64,000 nucleotides of DNA from Planktothrix sp. GU0601_MAG3 (GCA_035193785.1 CP136572.1:1056001-1120000); one strand, 5' to 3'; positions 50,476 to 62,488 are shown, numbered from the stretch's first letter. The notes: generated by a model not told the origin, from the sequence alone. Numbers and translations are program-made.

Positions 50476-53400
50476 ATGCTTAACCCAGACTCAGAACCAG
50501 CCCTAGAACTCGAAACTATTAAACTTTTTGAACAACTCGGCTATAATACCGCTAATTGCTATTCTGAAAAAATCGGCAATAACAGCACATTAGGACGAGA
50601 AACCAAAGCTGAAGTTGTGCTAATTTCCAAACTTCGCCCCGCTTTAGAAAAACTTAACCCAACCCTCCCAACCGAAGCAATTCACCTCGCTATTGAAGAA
50701 CTTATTCGTGACAGAAACGCCTTAAGTCTCGCCAACGCCAACCGCGAAATTTACAAACTCCTCAAAGATGGCGTAAACGTCACCTACCGCAACACCGACA
50801 ACCAAGAAATTACCGAAAAAGTCCAAATTATCAACTGGAAAAACCCAACCGAAAACAACTTTTTCCTCGCCTCTCAATTCTGGGTATCGGGGGAAATGTA
50901 CACCCGCCGCGCTGATTTAATTGGTTTTGTTAACGGTATTCCCCTATTATTTATTGAATTAAAAGCCCATCATAAACGCTTAGATTTAGCTTATCAAAAT
51001 AACTTCTGCGATTATAGAAATACCATTCCTCAACTGTTCTGGTACAACGGAATTGTTATCTTCTCCAATGGAACAGAAAGCCGTATTGGTAGCGTTACCG
51101 CCAATTGGGAACACTTCGCCGAATGGAAAAAAATCAACTCCGAAGGAGAAGCCGGGATGATTTCTCTTGATACCATGATTCGGGGAACCTGCGAGAAAAC
51201 TAAATTATTAGATATTATCGAAAACTTTACTTTATTTAGTGAAGAAAAAGGGCAAATTATTAAACTTGTTGCTAAAAATCATCAATATCTCGGTGTGAAT
51301 AATGCTATTGAAGCCGTTAAAAAAATTCGGGAAAATCAAGGACGTTTAGGGGTATTTTGGCACACCCAAGGTAGCGGTAAAAGCTTTTCGATGCAGTTTT
51401 TCTCTCAAAAAGTTCACCGCCAAATTACGGGTAATTGGACTTTTGTTATTATCACCGACCGAGACGATTTAGACAACCAAATTTATAAAAATTTCGCCAA
51501 AACGGGCGCTGTCACCGAACCGGAAAAAGAAGTTAGGGCGAAAAGTGGCGACCATTTAAAACAACTATTACAAGAAGATCATCGTTATATTTTTACATTA
51601 ATTCAGAAATTCCGCACGGCTAAAGGTGAAAAATACCCGCAACTTTCCGACCGAGAAGATGTGATTATCATTGCTGATGAAGCCCACCGTAGCCAATATG
51701 ATACCTTTGCAAAAAATATGAGACGCGCCTTACCAAAAGCCGGATTTATTGGCTTTACAGGTACGCCTTTAATGATTGGAGAAGAAGCCACTAAACGCGA
51801 GTTTGGCGATTATATTAGTGTTTATAATTTCAAACAATCAATCGAAGATAACGCCACTGTTCCGCTATTTTATGAAAACCGGATTCCACAATTACAACTG
51901 GTTAATACACAACTGAATGAAAATATTGCCTATGCGATTGAATTGGCTGATTTAGATGAAGAAGCAGAACATAAATTAGAACGGGAATTTTCGCGGGAAT
52001 ATCATTTAATTACCCGTGATGAACGGTTAGAAACAATTGCCCAAGATATCGTTACTCATTTTTTAGGACGGGGACACCAAGGAAAAGCCATGGTGATCTC
52101 TATTGACCGCTTTACAGCCGTTAAAATGTACGACAAAGTACGGGCATATTGGCAACAACATTTAACCACCTTGCAAAGTCAATTAGACACCGCAGAAGCC
52201 CCAAAACGAGAACACCTGGAAGGGATGATTCACTATATGCAAACGACCGATATGGCGGTGATCATTTCTCAATCTCAGAATGAAGTAGAAACGTTTCGGA
52301 ACAAAAAATTAGATATTCAACCGCACCGGAAACGGTTAGTTAATGAAGCATTAGACGAAAAATTCAAAGATGCAGATCATCCCCTGCGAATTGTGTTTGT
52401 TTGTGCCATGTGGATGACGGGGTTTGATGTTCCCAGTTGTTCGACGATTTACCTCGATAAACCGATGTTAAATCATACCCTCATGCAAACTATTGCGCGG
52501 GCAAATCGGGTATTTAAAGATAAAGTCAATGGGCTAATTGTTGATTATATTGGGGTGTTTAGAAACTTGCAGAAAGCCTTAGCCATTTATGGTTCGGCTT
52601 CTGGCGGGGGAGTCCAAGAAGGAGATACTCCCGTACAGGCAAAAACGGCGTTAGTGGCGGAGTTGAGAAAGGCAATATTAGAAGCGACTAATTTTTGTAC
52701 AGAACGAGAAATTGATTTAGAAAAACTGCAAGCTGCGACGGTATTGGAACGAATTAAATTAATCTCAGAAGCAGTAGAATCTATTCTAATTAATGATGAA
52801 TCCAAACAGCGCTATTTTGCCCTCGTTGGAACTGTGGATAAACTTTATAAAGCGATTCTACCCGATCCCGTTGCTGATGATTTTATCTCGGTGCAGTATC
52901 TATTAATAATGATTAAAGAACGTATTCTTTCTCAAACACCAGAAGTAGATATTTCAGAGGTCAAAGCAACAGTTGAATCAATTTTAGATCAATCCATTGG
53001 AACTTTAAAATATGTGATTTCTGAATCTGAACCCATTATCGATTTAAGTCAAGTTGATTTTGAAGCATTGAAGGCTAAATTTGCCTCTGGTTATAAACGC
53101 ACGGAAGCCGAAAAACTTAAAGGAAAAATTAGCATCAAGCTGACCCAGATGGTTAATCTTAATAAAAGCCGGATGAATTATTTAAACAAGTTTCAGCAAA
53201 TGATAGATGAATATAATGAGGGTTGTCGCAATATTGAAACATTCTTTCAAGATTTAGTAGAATTTGCCCAAGAATTAAATATTGAAGATCAACGGGCTAT
53301 TTCTGAAAATCTGGAAGAGGAAGAATTAGCAATTTTAGATTTACTAACCCAACCCGACATTGATTTAACGGAAAAAGAAAAGCAAGACGTTAAAAAAGTT

Positions 53401-53625
53401 GCACAACAGTTATTAGAAACCCTCAAACGGGAAAAATTGGTGTTAGATTGGCGCAAGCGACAACGAACCCGTGCGGCGGTACAGGTAGCCGTTGAGGAGA
53501 TTTTGGATCAGTTACCACCGAGTTATTCTACCGAATTGTATGAGCAGAAGTGCCAAGAAGTTTATCAGCACGTTTACGATTCTTATTTTGGTCAGGGAAG
53601 AAGCATTTACACCCGTGTTGCTTAA
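50476..53625 (+). CDS. hsdR: Type I restriction endonuclease subunit R
   Basis: VNGIPLLFIELK, HTQGSGKS, DEAHRSQ, FTGTP, MWMTGFDVP and QTIARANR motifs. Confidence 0.96.
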   Translation: MLNPDSEPALELETIKLFEQLGYNTANCYSEKIGNNSTLGRETKAEVVLISKLRPALEKLNPTLPTEAIHLAIEELIRDRNALSLANANREIYKLLKDGVNVTYRNTDNQEITEKVQIINWKNPTENNFFLASQFWVSGEMYTRRADLIGFVNGIPLLFIELKAHHKRLDLAYQNNFCDYRNTIPQLFWYNGIVIFSNGTESRIGSVTANWEHFAEWKKINSEGEAGMISLDTMIRGTCEKTKLLDIIENFTLFSEEKGQIIKLVAKNHQYLGVNNAIEAVKKIRENQGRLGVFWHTQGSGKSFSMQFFSQKVHRQITGNWTFVIITDRDDLDNQIYKNFAKTGAVTEPEKEVRAKSGDHLKQLLQEDHRYIFTLIQKFRTAKGEKYPQLSDREDVIIIADEAHRSQYDTFAKNMRRALPKAGFIGFTGTPLMIGEEATKREFGDYISVYNFKQSIEDNATVPLFYENRIPQLQLVNTQLNENIAYAIELADLDEEAEHKLEREFSREYHLITRDERLETIAQDIVTHFLGRGHQGKAMVISIDRFTAVKMYDKVRAYWQQHLTTLQSQLDTAEAPKREHLEGMIHYMQTTDMAVIISQSQNEVETFRNKKLDIQPHRKRLVNEALDEKFKDADHPLRIVFVCAMWMTGFDVPSCSTIYLDKPMLNHTLMQTIARANRVFKDKVNGLIVDYIGVFRNLQKALAIYGSASGGGVQEGDTPVQAKTALVAELRKAILEATNFCTEREIDLEKLQAATVLERIKLISEAVESILINDESKQRYFALVGTVDKLYKAILPDPVADDFISVQYLLIMIKERILSQTPEVDISEVKATVESILDQSIGTLKYVISESEPIIDLSQVDFEALKAKFASGYKRTEAEKLKGKISIKLTQMVNLNKSRMNYLNKFQQMIDEYNEGCRNIETFFQDLVEFAQELNIEDQRAISENLEEEELAILDLLTQPDIDLTEKEKQDVKKVAQQLLETLKREKLVLDWRKRQRTRAAVQVAVEEILDQLPPSYSTELYEQKCQEVYQHVYDSYFGQGRSIYTRVA

Positions 53626-53996
53626 GGCGGCACCCTGTATGGCGTAGAAATATCGAAATTAACACGAACCGCAAAGTAGCAAGTTTTTTCCTTCTGTATA
53701 AGGCTTTTGCAGGTTCAACTTGCACAGTTTTACACCAATCTTGGCTCAATGCCTATTAATACAATATTTCTGATTCATCTATTTCTTCCCCGTCAATTAT
53801 TAAAGGAGCAGGAGGCAAAGGATCATCCATTACAACCCCGTCAAAGCTTTTCGCCATCTGCGTGGCAATCAGCCAATCAGGGTCGGGATTGGATACTCAA
53901 ATCCACTGTTAACACTATTCAGTCTTGCAAACTTGCCCATTTATGAACCCAACTAGGCAATGTTTGAAAGACATAAATACATTGCTACCTTAAATT

Positions 53997-55628
53997 TTGA
54001 ATTTAGTGAATAACTATGAAACCTCCACAGAAGTACAGACGGGCAATCTCTACACGGAATTTTATCAAGATCCTAATAATCCCCAAAATTATTTATTAAT
54101 CGAAAAGTGGAAAGATTACTCCAACTTAGATCAACATCAAAGTTCAACCTTTTACCAAGAATTTATTACTCAACTGAATACTTTGGTAGAAACCCCGGTT
54201 GGTCAGTCCATTGAAACCATTGATACAGACTCCTATGGCAAGAATCAAAAAGTTTTGGTAGGAAAATTCCAAGCAAAAGAAGGAACAAGAGAACAGATAA
54301 AAGATCTGGCTAGTCAGTTAATCTAAAAAACTCAGGCTAATGAGCAAGGCAAAATTTTGGCTTTTGAGTTCTATGAAGATCCGCAGCAACCTAATCAATA
54401 TTTATTTTACGAGAAATATATTGATGGGGCTGCATTAACTGAACACTTAGGAACCCAATATACCAAAGATTTTTTTGCAAGCTTCGCGCCTTTATTAGTC
54501 GGAAATGGAATAGCCGATGCGGATGTTAATATCTACTCAATGCACGCTCCTGGTTCTCCCCTAAGTCAAGTTTATTCGGTTCAAAAAGGAGGCGTAGAAC
54601 TTCTAAATCAATTATTTCAGGAAACTCCTCAATTATCTATTACTTTAACCAGCAGTCAAGGACTTTTCGCAGCCAATAATCAAAATCAAACCCCAGGGAT
54701 AGGAATTAATCTACTCTTTACAACAGAAAATTCGGGTAATCAACCTGTTGAATATGGGGTTTTTCAGGTAGATGATAGCAATAATAGTATTAAGGGATTA
54801 TTGCCGAATCAACCTGGGTATTTAGAAGCTGTTCGGGAACGTGCAGTTCCTCTATTCAATACCCATGTAAATCAGGGTTCCGCACTGCCAAATCCGTCTC
54901 GAAATCTTCCGGTTCAAACTACTCATGGTTATGCCATTTATCAAGTAACAGGAGGTTCCCTTAAAGATTCTAACGCCATAGTGAATCTCTCCTTCCAAGA
55001 TCCTCAATTTGTTATGCAGCCTAATGGTCAGGGATTGTCTTTTCAATTTTCTAACGGATTAGGGGGAAGTGTTGCTTTAAATGGCCCTATACAGAACTTC
55101 CAAGACACCATTAGTCAACCCCAACGCCGAGGGTTTAATATCTTTGATACTTCAACCATTACTGATCGTCAAATTAAAACAGATGTTCAGGTTGTCAAAG
55201 ACTCAGAATTAATTCATCAAATTGGGTTTTATCCTGTTAAAGATGAACAAGGAACAGTGTTAGATCCAGTCACTAATACTCTGGTTAAACCGGGTGATCC
55301 GAATTATGCCAATGTTGCTTTATCTCAAGCGACTAACTTCCAGTTTAATACGGGTACATTAACGCCAGGGCAAGTCACAAATTTAGATGACTTCGTGATC
55401 AATAGTGGGAATTTGTACGCTCCTGTTGTGACAACTATTGCTGATACGTCTACAACTTATTTTGCTTACAAAGAAGCAAATCCTGATCAATCAACTCGGA
55501 TTATTTCTCTAGGAACGAATTCTTTTGGGATTGAAGATGGGCGCATCGGTGCGACTGATAATGACTTTAATGATGTCATGTTCAGTTTGAATTTTACCTT
55601 TGCTGAACCGCCTTATCCTATTGTTTAA
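53997..55628 (+). pseudogene. Two ABM (antibiotic-biosynthesis monooxygenase) domains fused to a DUF4114-type C-terminus, with an in-frame TAA at 54324-54326
   Basis: FYQDPNNPQNYLLIEKWKD...H and FYEDPQQPNQYLFYEKY...H; C-terminal FGIEDG...DNDFNDV. The two ORFs are in the same frame. Confidence 0.7.
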
Positions 55629-55979
55629 ATTTTCAATTAGGGTTTTATTAGCTCTAGTCATCGATAAAATTGAGATTAGAGCCAATAAATCGCTTGAAAA
55701 AATGATTTGAATAAAACAGAGTCATTAAATTAGATAGGTAAAATTTATCCAGCTTAATTGACTCTAATTAATTAGGGCATTCTATTGTATTAAATTAAAT
55801 ATTTTTTACTGTTGGAGTCTATTATCAATAGGCAAAATTTATGTTGAGCATTTTGATTTTTTAAATCGAAAATTAATTAAAGAAATTAGTTGACAAGCTA
55901 TTATGCTTATGTTATTTTGATAATGTGAGATCAAAAAATAAAAATCAGAAATAAATATCTTTTGATCGAATTTACTTCT

Positions 55980-56429
55980 ATGCTTTTGAGTAAGCTCAAA
56001 CATTCAAAATTTTTTCTAATATTAATGGGGGTTGTTTTAAGCATCACCTTAATATTGGGAAAAAGCCCTTTACTAAATGCACAGCCTGATCAGGGACAAA
56101 TTGATAACAGTAATCAACCCAGTGTTCCTGTTCTTGTTGCTTCTCGCTTTGAAATCAAACCAGAAAAGCGTGAGGTTTTTCTCGATGTTGCCACTAAATC
56201 TTTAGAATTCAGTCGCTCTGAACCTGGGAATATTAGCTATGGGTTTTATGAAGATCCAAATGTTCGCAATTCTTTCATTTATTTTGAAGAATGGAAAAGC
56301 CGAGAAGATTTAGCGCAACATTTGAAACAACCCTACGCAAAAGCAGTGGTTGATAACTTTCCTGACTTCGTAAAAGGAACAGTAGATTTCAAGGTTTACG
56401 ACATCAAAAGTCTAACTACGAAATTGTAA
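55980..56429 (+). CDS. ABM-domain (putative quinol monooxygenase) protein with N-terminal signal/transmembrane segment
   Basis: IKPEKREVF...SRSEPGNISYGFYED...FEEWKSREDLAQHL. Confidence 0.85.
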   Translation: MLLSKLKHSKFFLILMGVVLSITLILGKSPLLNAQPDQGQIDNSNQPSVPVLVASRFEIKPEKREVFLDVATKSLEFSRSEPGNISYGFYEDPNVRNSFIYFEEWKSREDLAQHLKQPYAKAVVDNFPDFVKGTVDFKVYDIKSLTTKL

Positions 56430-56451
56430 AAATTGCTAAGGATTTTAGGTT

Positions 56452-57022
56452 ATGTCTCCCAGAGTTAACTATTACCAACATTTAACGGCAGACTATTCCA
56501 AACCTGGTTTAGTTTCCAAGGAAATGCAAGCTAAACTGATTGAGTTAGCTGAAAAAATCGTAGCGATGAAAGAGGATATTTTACCCGTCATCAGCGATGA
56601 TTACACCCTCGAACAAATTGAAAAAGAAAATAAAGAATGGTGGCCGACCCACTGCGAAGCCTTACGCCAAGGACGGGGGGATATTTTAACAGGCGAATAC
56701 CGAGATGATCTCGTGTATTTCTGTCAAGATGGCCCCTATCGTGGCTTAGAAACAACAAAAAGAACGGGAAAAACATTGGTGGGCTTTAATTGCACAACCG
56801 GGTGTTACCATGTGTTGGCCAATTGTCATGTTCTATGGTGAACATACCTACTTTGAATGGAAATGTGTAGATGATGCCACCAACGAAACTATTGCCAAAG
56901 GAAACGTCACTTGGGTACGTCGAGGAAATCGAGGAGGTTGTTATCTCAAAACAGAACAATTAACCTTCTATCGTGATGTTTTTGCAGCAGAAGATTTGTT
57001 AAAATTAATCAAAACTGCCTAA
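56452..57022 (+). CDS. SnoaL/NTF2-like protein (Slr1852-like); +1 frameshift at 56749-56753
   Basis: WWPTHCEALRQGRGD...EKHWWALIAQPGVTMCWPIVMF; position within the cluster. Confidence 0.7.
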
Positions 57023-57026
57023 CAAT

Positions 57027-57383
57027 ATGACCGATACACCTGAATATAAAAATGCGGTTCTCGATGACAAAAACCTACAAGCTGGGTTAAACAGTATTAA
57101 TCCCAAATTTGGTGATTTTTGTACTCGTGTAGCTGGGGAAGCTTGGGGTTTACCGTTAATTGATCAAAAAACCAAAGCCTTGATTACCATTGCCGTTGAT
57201 GTTGTGAATCAAACCCAAAATGGGCCGGGAAGCCCTTTCGGTGCTCACGTTCACATGGCAATGCAGCAAGGAGCAACCCGTGAAGAAATTGAAGAATTGC
57301 TGTTGTTTATGTGCGTTTATGGAGGCTTTAATAAAGTCGCGGGTTGTTTTGGCGCCTTGAATGAAATCTTAGGGGAAAGTTAA
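57027..57383 (+). CDS. Carboxymuconolactone decarboxylase family protein
   Basis: GEAWG...DQKTKALITIA...HVHMA...GATREEIEE...YGGF. Confidence 0.88.
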   Translation: MTDTPEYKNAVLDDKNLQAGLNSINPKFGDFCTRVAGEAWGLPLIDQKTKALITIAVDVVNQTQNGPGSPFGAHVHMAMQQGATREEIEELLLFMCVYGGFNKVAGCFGALNEILGES

Positions 57384-57392
57384 AGGTAATTT

Positions 57393-57998
57393 ATGACCGA
57401 AAGCAAAGGGAAAATTGCGGTTGTTGTTGAAGAACACTTCGATGAAACCGAATATCATCGCTTTAATGAGTTTTTCCCTCAACAGGGTTATGCGGTTGAA
57501 TATATTTCCAATCTTTGGGATCAACCCAGCTTAACCTTTAATGGGAATGATCACACGGCTGAAGTCACTGTTACGGTTGATTTTAAAGATGTCAAACCGA
57601 GTGATTATGTTGGCGTTCTTTTAATTGGCGGTTATGCAATGGATCGGTTACGGTATCAAGTGCAGGTGCAACCTGGACAACCGAACCAATCTCCAGCCGT
57701 AGAATTTCTACGGGAAGCCGTGCAAGCAATGGATCAAGATCGGTTAAGAATTGGGACAATCTGCCATAGTTTATGGTTATTTTGTGCCGACCCCAGCTTA
57801 ATGAAAGGGCGGAAAGTAACCTGCGCTCACAATATTATCTGTGATGTTGAAAACGCAGGCGGAACCGTCGTTTATGAAAACGGGGAAACCGTTGCCAGTT
57901 ATATCGATGGCAACTTAATTACAGGCAAACACCCAGGTGTTGTTGAGGAATTTATGCAAATTTTTCTCAACAATATTGAAAAAAAAGTCGCCGCTTAA
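57393..57998 (+). CDS. DJ-1/PfpI family protein
   Basis: FDETEY, IGGYAMDRLR, ICHSLW and DGNLITG motifs. Confidence 0.9.
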   Translation: MTESKGKIAVVVEEHFDETEYHRFNEFFPQQGYAVEYISNLWDQPSLTFNGNDHTAEVTVTVDFKDVKPSDYVGVLLIGGYAMDRLRYQVQVQPGQPNQSPAVEFLREAVQAMDQDRLRIGTICHSLWLFCADPSLMKGRKVTCAHNIICDVENAGGTVVYENGETVASYIDGNLITGKHPGVVEEFMQIFLNNIEKKVAA

Positions 57999-58049
57999 TT
58001 CCTCAAGGGCGACTCACAACAAATTAGATTATCTATTGGTATTTTAACA

Positions 58050-59877
58050 ATGGAATACACCAGTTTTTCCTTTTCGGACACAATCACCGGATATGTGACC
58101 CAATTTGACCGTCAAAACAAGTGTTTTGGCATCAAAACCTCCGATGGTCGGGAATACACGGCTTACCTGACCAACACAACTTGAGGGCAGATTACTCGCA
58201 ACCTTGAAGAAAGCTATATTAATTCCACAGAAACGGTTGGCAGAATTGTTGCACCCTGGTCAGCACGTTTTTGCTTATGGGGTTTTCTATCCTAAAGAAG
58301 GTAGCTTAAAATTTGAAGTCAAATCGATGGTATTTCCAGGGGAAGCCGTTGAAAAATATCGCCATGAAGAACCTGACTGGTGGATTAAACAGGTTCGTTC
58401 GATTGCCGATTGTTACTTAAAATGGCAATTTGGATATCCTAAAAATGCGATTGACTATAAAGAATATCGCACCATGTTAAAACTAAGTGGGGAAAAGAAA
58501 CAGGATAATTACCTGCAAGAAACCGATACGATTTCCCGTTTAGTGTATGGATTTGCCTCAGCCTATTTAATGACTGGAGAAGATCGGTTTTTAGAAGCCG
58601 CAGAAAAAGGAACTGAGTATCTGCGGGAACACATGAGATTTTATGATCCCGATGAAAATTTAATTTACTGGTATCACGGGATTAAAGTCAGTGGAAATCG
58701 GGAACAAAAATTACTGACTTCTGAATTTGATGATGATTATGATGCTATCCCGGCTTATGAACAAATCTATGCGTTAGCAGGCCCGATTCAAACCTATCGG
58801 ATTACGGGTGATCCGCGCATTTTAAAAGATGCAGAAATGACCGTTGATTTGTTTGACAAGTTCTATTTGGACAAAGAAAAAGGGGGTTATTTTTCACACC
58901 TTGATCCATTAACTCTTGACCCTTGTTCCGAATCTTTAGGACGAAATAAAGGGCGGAAAAATTGGAACTCAGTCGGAGACCATGCCCCTGCTTATTTGGT
59001 GAATTTGTATTTGGCAACTCACGATGAAAAGTATGCTACATTTCTCGAATATACCTTTGATACCATTGCCAAATATTTCCCCGATTACAACAATAGCCCC
59101 TTTGTTCAAGAAAAATTCCATGAAGATTGGAGCCATGATCAAGCCTGGGGTTGGCAACAGAATCGGGCTGTCGTGGGTCATAACTTAAAAATTGCCTGGA
59201 ATTTAATGCGGATGTATTCCCTGAATCCTAAGCAAGATTATCTGGAATTAGCGGAAAAAATTGCTCAAATTATGCCCGATGTTGGGAGCGATCGCCAACG
59301 GGGAGGATGGTATGATGTCGTAGAACGAACCTTAGCAGAAGGTGAAGAACAACATCGTTTTGTTTGGCATGATCGCAAAGCTTGGTGGCAGCAAGAACAA
59401 GCAATTTTAGCCTATATGATTTTACATGGTATTCTCAAGAAAGAAGATTATTTGAAGCACGCTCGTGAGTCGGCTGCCTTTTATAATGCCTTCTTCTTGG
59501 ATCATGATGACGGTGCAGTTTACTTCAACGTTTTGGCAAATGGTACACCCTTTTTAACCGGAACAGAACGCTTCAAAGGTTCCCATTCCATGTCCGGTTA
59601 TCACTCAACGGAGTTGTGTTATTTATCGGCGGTTTATACCAATTTACTGATTACAAAACAGCCGATGGATTTCTACTTCAAACCCTATCCCAAATCGTTC
59701 AAAGATAATATCTTGTACGTTTCACCCGATATTTTACCTCCGGGTAGTGTTCAAATCGGTTCCTGTGAAATTAATGGTGAACCTTACAGCAATTTTGATG
59801 CTGAAAAATTAGCTGTTACCCTTCCTGATACTAACGAACAAGTCAAAGTTAAAGTGCAACTTGTTCCTATGAGCTAA
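58050..59877 (+). pseudogene. AGE-family (N-acylglucosamine 2-epimerase-like) protein with an in-frame TGA at 58182-58184 and a +1 frameshift at 58230-58234
   Basis: N-terminus MEYTSFSFSDTITGYV...; DTISRLVYG, KNWNSVGDH, GHNLKIAW and KAWWQQEQA motifs. Confidence 0.75.
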
Positions 59878-59886
59878 AATTTTGAG

Positions 59887-59928
59887 CCGTTAGCAATAAG
59901 TTATTGAATTCTAGCGAATTGCTAACGG
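59887..59928 (+). terminator. Intergenic stem-loop (ccgttagcaat...attgctaacgg), possible terminator or RNA stabiliser
   Basis: 11-bp perfect inverted repeat right after the AGE stop; no clear U-tract. Confidence 0.4.
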
Positions 59929-59976
59929 TTGCTGTCCTAACAGTGAACCTGCAACTAGATTTTTAAACCCTCACTC

Positions 59977-60315
59977 ATGAATATTACTGTCCAAAATTTA
60001 GATCATGTATTTGTGGCAAAATTAGAGGGGGAAATTGATGCGAAAACAGCCCCCACTATCACAGAACAAGTCTTGCCCTTAATGAAACCAGGGAGCAAAA
60101 TTTTAATGGATTTAACCCTAGTTTCTTATATGAGTTCTGCGGGGTTACGATCTCTTCTTTCTATTTACCGCCAAAGCACAGCTAAAGACTCACAATTAGT
60201 CTTGGTTGGCTTATCAGAAGAACTCAAAGATACGATGTCAATGACCGGATTTCTTGACTTTTTTAAAACGGCTGACACAGTTGATGCCGGAGTAGAAGCT
60301 CTGAAATCGAGTTAA
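59977..60315 (+). CDS. STAS anti-sigma-factor antagonist
   Basis: GEIDAKTAP and YMSSAGLR (phospho-Ser motif). Confidence 0.92.
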   Translation: MNITVQNLDHVFVAKLEGEIDAKTAPTITEQVLPLMKPGSKILMDLTLVSYMSSAGLRSLLSIYRQSTAKDSQLVLVGLSEELKDTMSMTGFLDFFKTADTVDAGVEALKSS

Positions 60316-60365
60316 ACATTGCCTGATCTGTGTTGATTCTATCCACTTCATCAACTCAAGAATTT

Positions 60366-62488
60366 ATGTTATTAGAACGTATTGACATTCATCCCACCCA
60401 TCGCTATGAAAGCTTTAAATTAAGACGAGGAAAACCCTTTCCCTTTGGGGCAACTTTAGTTCCAGGTGGCGTTAACTTTTCGGTATATTCCAGTTATGCA
60501 ACTTCCTGTACCCTGGTATTATTTGAAAAACACGCCCCTCAACCGATGGCAGAAATTCCCTTTCCCGATGAATTTCGCATTGGGAATGTTTACAGCATGG
60601 TTGTATTCGATTTGGATTATGAAAATATCGAATATGGCTATCGCATGGATGGGCCCAATAATTTTCAGGAAGGTCACTGGTTTAACAAAGAAAAAATCCT
60701 TTTAGATCCCTATGCCAAAATTATTGGCGGGCGAGATGTATGGGGGATAGAAACCGGACTGGGATGATATTTATCATCATCGAGCCCGGATCGCATTTGA
60801 TGATTTTGATTGGGAAAATGATCGCCCCTTAGAAATTGCTCCCGAAGATCAAATTATCTATGAAATGCACGTTCGTAGTTTCACTCGTCATAAATCTTCG
60901 GGGGTAAAACATCCGGGTACATTTGCGGGAATGCGGGAAAAGATTTCTTATCTCAAAGAATTGGGTGTCAACGCTGTTGAGTTAATGCCCATCTATGAAT
61001 TTGATGAGTTTGAAAATTCTCGTAAAAGCCCAATAACAGGGGAAACTCTGTATAATTATTGGGGCTATAGTACTGTTGGATTTTTTGCCCCTAAAGCGGG
61101 TTATGCTGCCACTGGAAAGTTAGGAATGCAGGTGGATGAAGTCAAAGCCTTGGTGAAAGAACTGCATAAAAATGGCATTGAAGTCATCTTGGATGTAGTT
61201 TTTAACCACACAGCAGAAGGCAATGAACGAGGCCCCTATATTTCCTTCCGAGGGTTAGACAATAAAACCTACTATATGTTGACCCCAGAAGGGTATTATT
61301 TCAACTTTAGTGGCTGCGGAAATACCCTCAATTGTAATAACCCAGTGGTGCGAAACATCGTATTAGATTGTTTACGCTATTGGGCGAGTGAATATCATAT
61401 TGATGGCTTCCGATTTGATTTGGCATCTATTTTAGGACGTGATCCTTGGGGATATCCCTTGGCTAATCCTCCGTTATTAGAAGCTCTTGCCTTTGACCCC
61501 ATTTTAGCCAAGTGTAAACTGATTGCTGAAGCCTGGGATGCAGGTGGTTTATATCAAGTGGGTTCCTTCCCTGCTTATGGACGTTGGGCAGAATGGAACG
61601 GTAAATATCGGGATGCAATTCGCAAGTTTATTAAAGGCGATGGAACTGTTGGCAAAATGGCTCAAGGCTTACAAGGTTCTCCCGATTTGTACGCTCCAGC
61701 AGGCCGTGGCCCGGCAACTTCTATTAACTTTATTACTGCCCATGATGGCTTCACTCTTGCCGATTTAGTGTCTTATAACGATAAGCATAATGAAGCGAAT
61801 GGGGAGAATAATAACGATGGCGCCAATGATAATGATAGTTGGAATTGTGGGGCGGAGGGTTGGACAGACGACCCAGGAATTAATGCTTTAAGATCACGGC
61901 AAATCCGAAATGCGATCGCGCTTTTAATGGTGAGTCAAGGCGTTCCAATGATTCTCATGGGAGATGAAATTGGACGATTTCAAAATGGTAATAATAATAC
62001 TTATTGCCATGACTCCGAATTAAATTGGATGAATTGGGATTTACTAGAAAAAAATTCTGATTTATTCCGATTCTTTAAACACTGCATTAACTTCCGCACA
62101 GCCCATCCGGTTTTGAGAAATAAATATCACTTCCAAAATCGAGATTATGTAGGCAGTGGGTATGCTGATATTAGTTGGCATGGAACCCAAGCGTGGAATG
62201 CAGATTGGTCGGAGAATTCTCGAACTTTAGCCTTTTTATTGTGTGGAAAACACGCCAAGGCGGGAACCATTGAAGATAACAGTATTTATGTTGCCATGAA
62301 TATGCACTGGGAAGCTCAATGGTTTGAGTTACCTGGCTTACCTTTGGGTCAACATTGGCACGTTTCTACTAATACAGGATGCCCTTGTCCTGACGATTGT
62401 TTTGAACTGGGACAGGAAACCTCAATTAGATCATCAAGCGGGTCTTTTATTAGGGGATCGTTCGGTTGTTATTCTGATTGCAAAATAG
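60366..62488 (+). CDS. glgX: Glycogen debranching enzyme / isoamylase (GH13); +1 frameshifts at 60750-60754 and 62416-62420
   Basis: YEMHVRSFT, NYWGY, DVVFNHTAEG, DGFRFDLA, IAEAWD, TAHDGFTL and GNNNTYC motifs. Confidence 0.94.

Noticed and set aside
46536..53625. The local type I methyltransferase as the cause of the GAAC/GTTC errors
   Set aside because: Type I sites are bipartite, and I found no conserved second half-site in the flanks of the ten error sites compared. This is not excluded without methylome data.
53626..53946. Short ORFs after hsdR
   Set aside because: They are overlapping short frames with no recognisable domain. They may be a gene or IS remnant, but that cannot be supported from the sequence.
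58182..58184. Selenocysteine readthrough at the in-frame TGA
   Set aside because: There is no recognisable bacterial SECIS hairpin directly downstream, and the site is not a redox-Cys position in this family.
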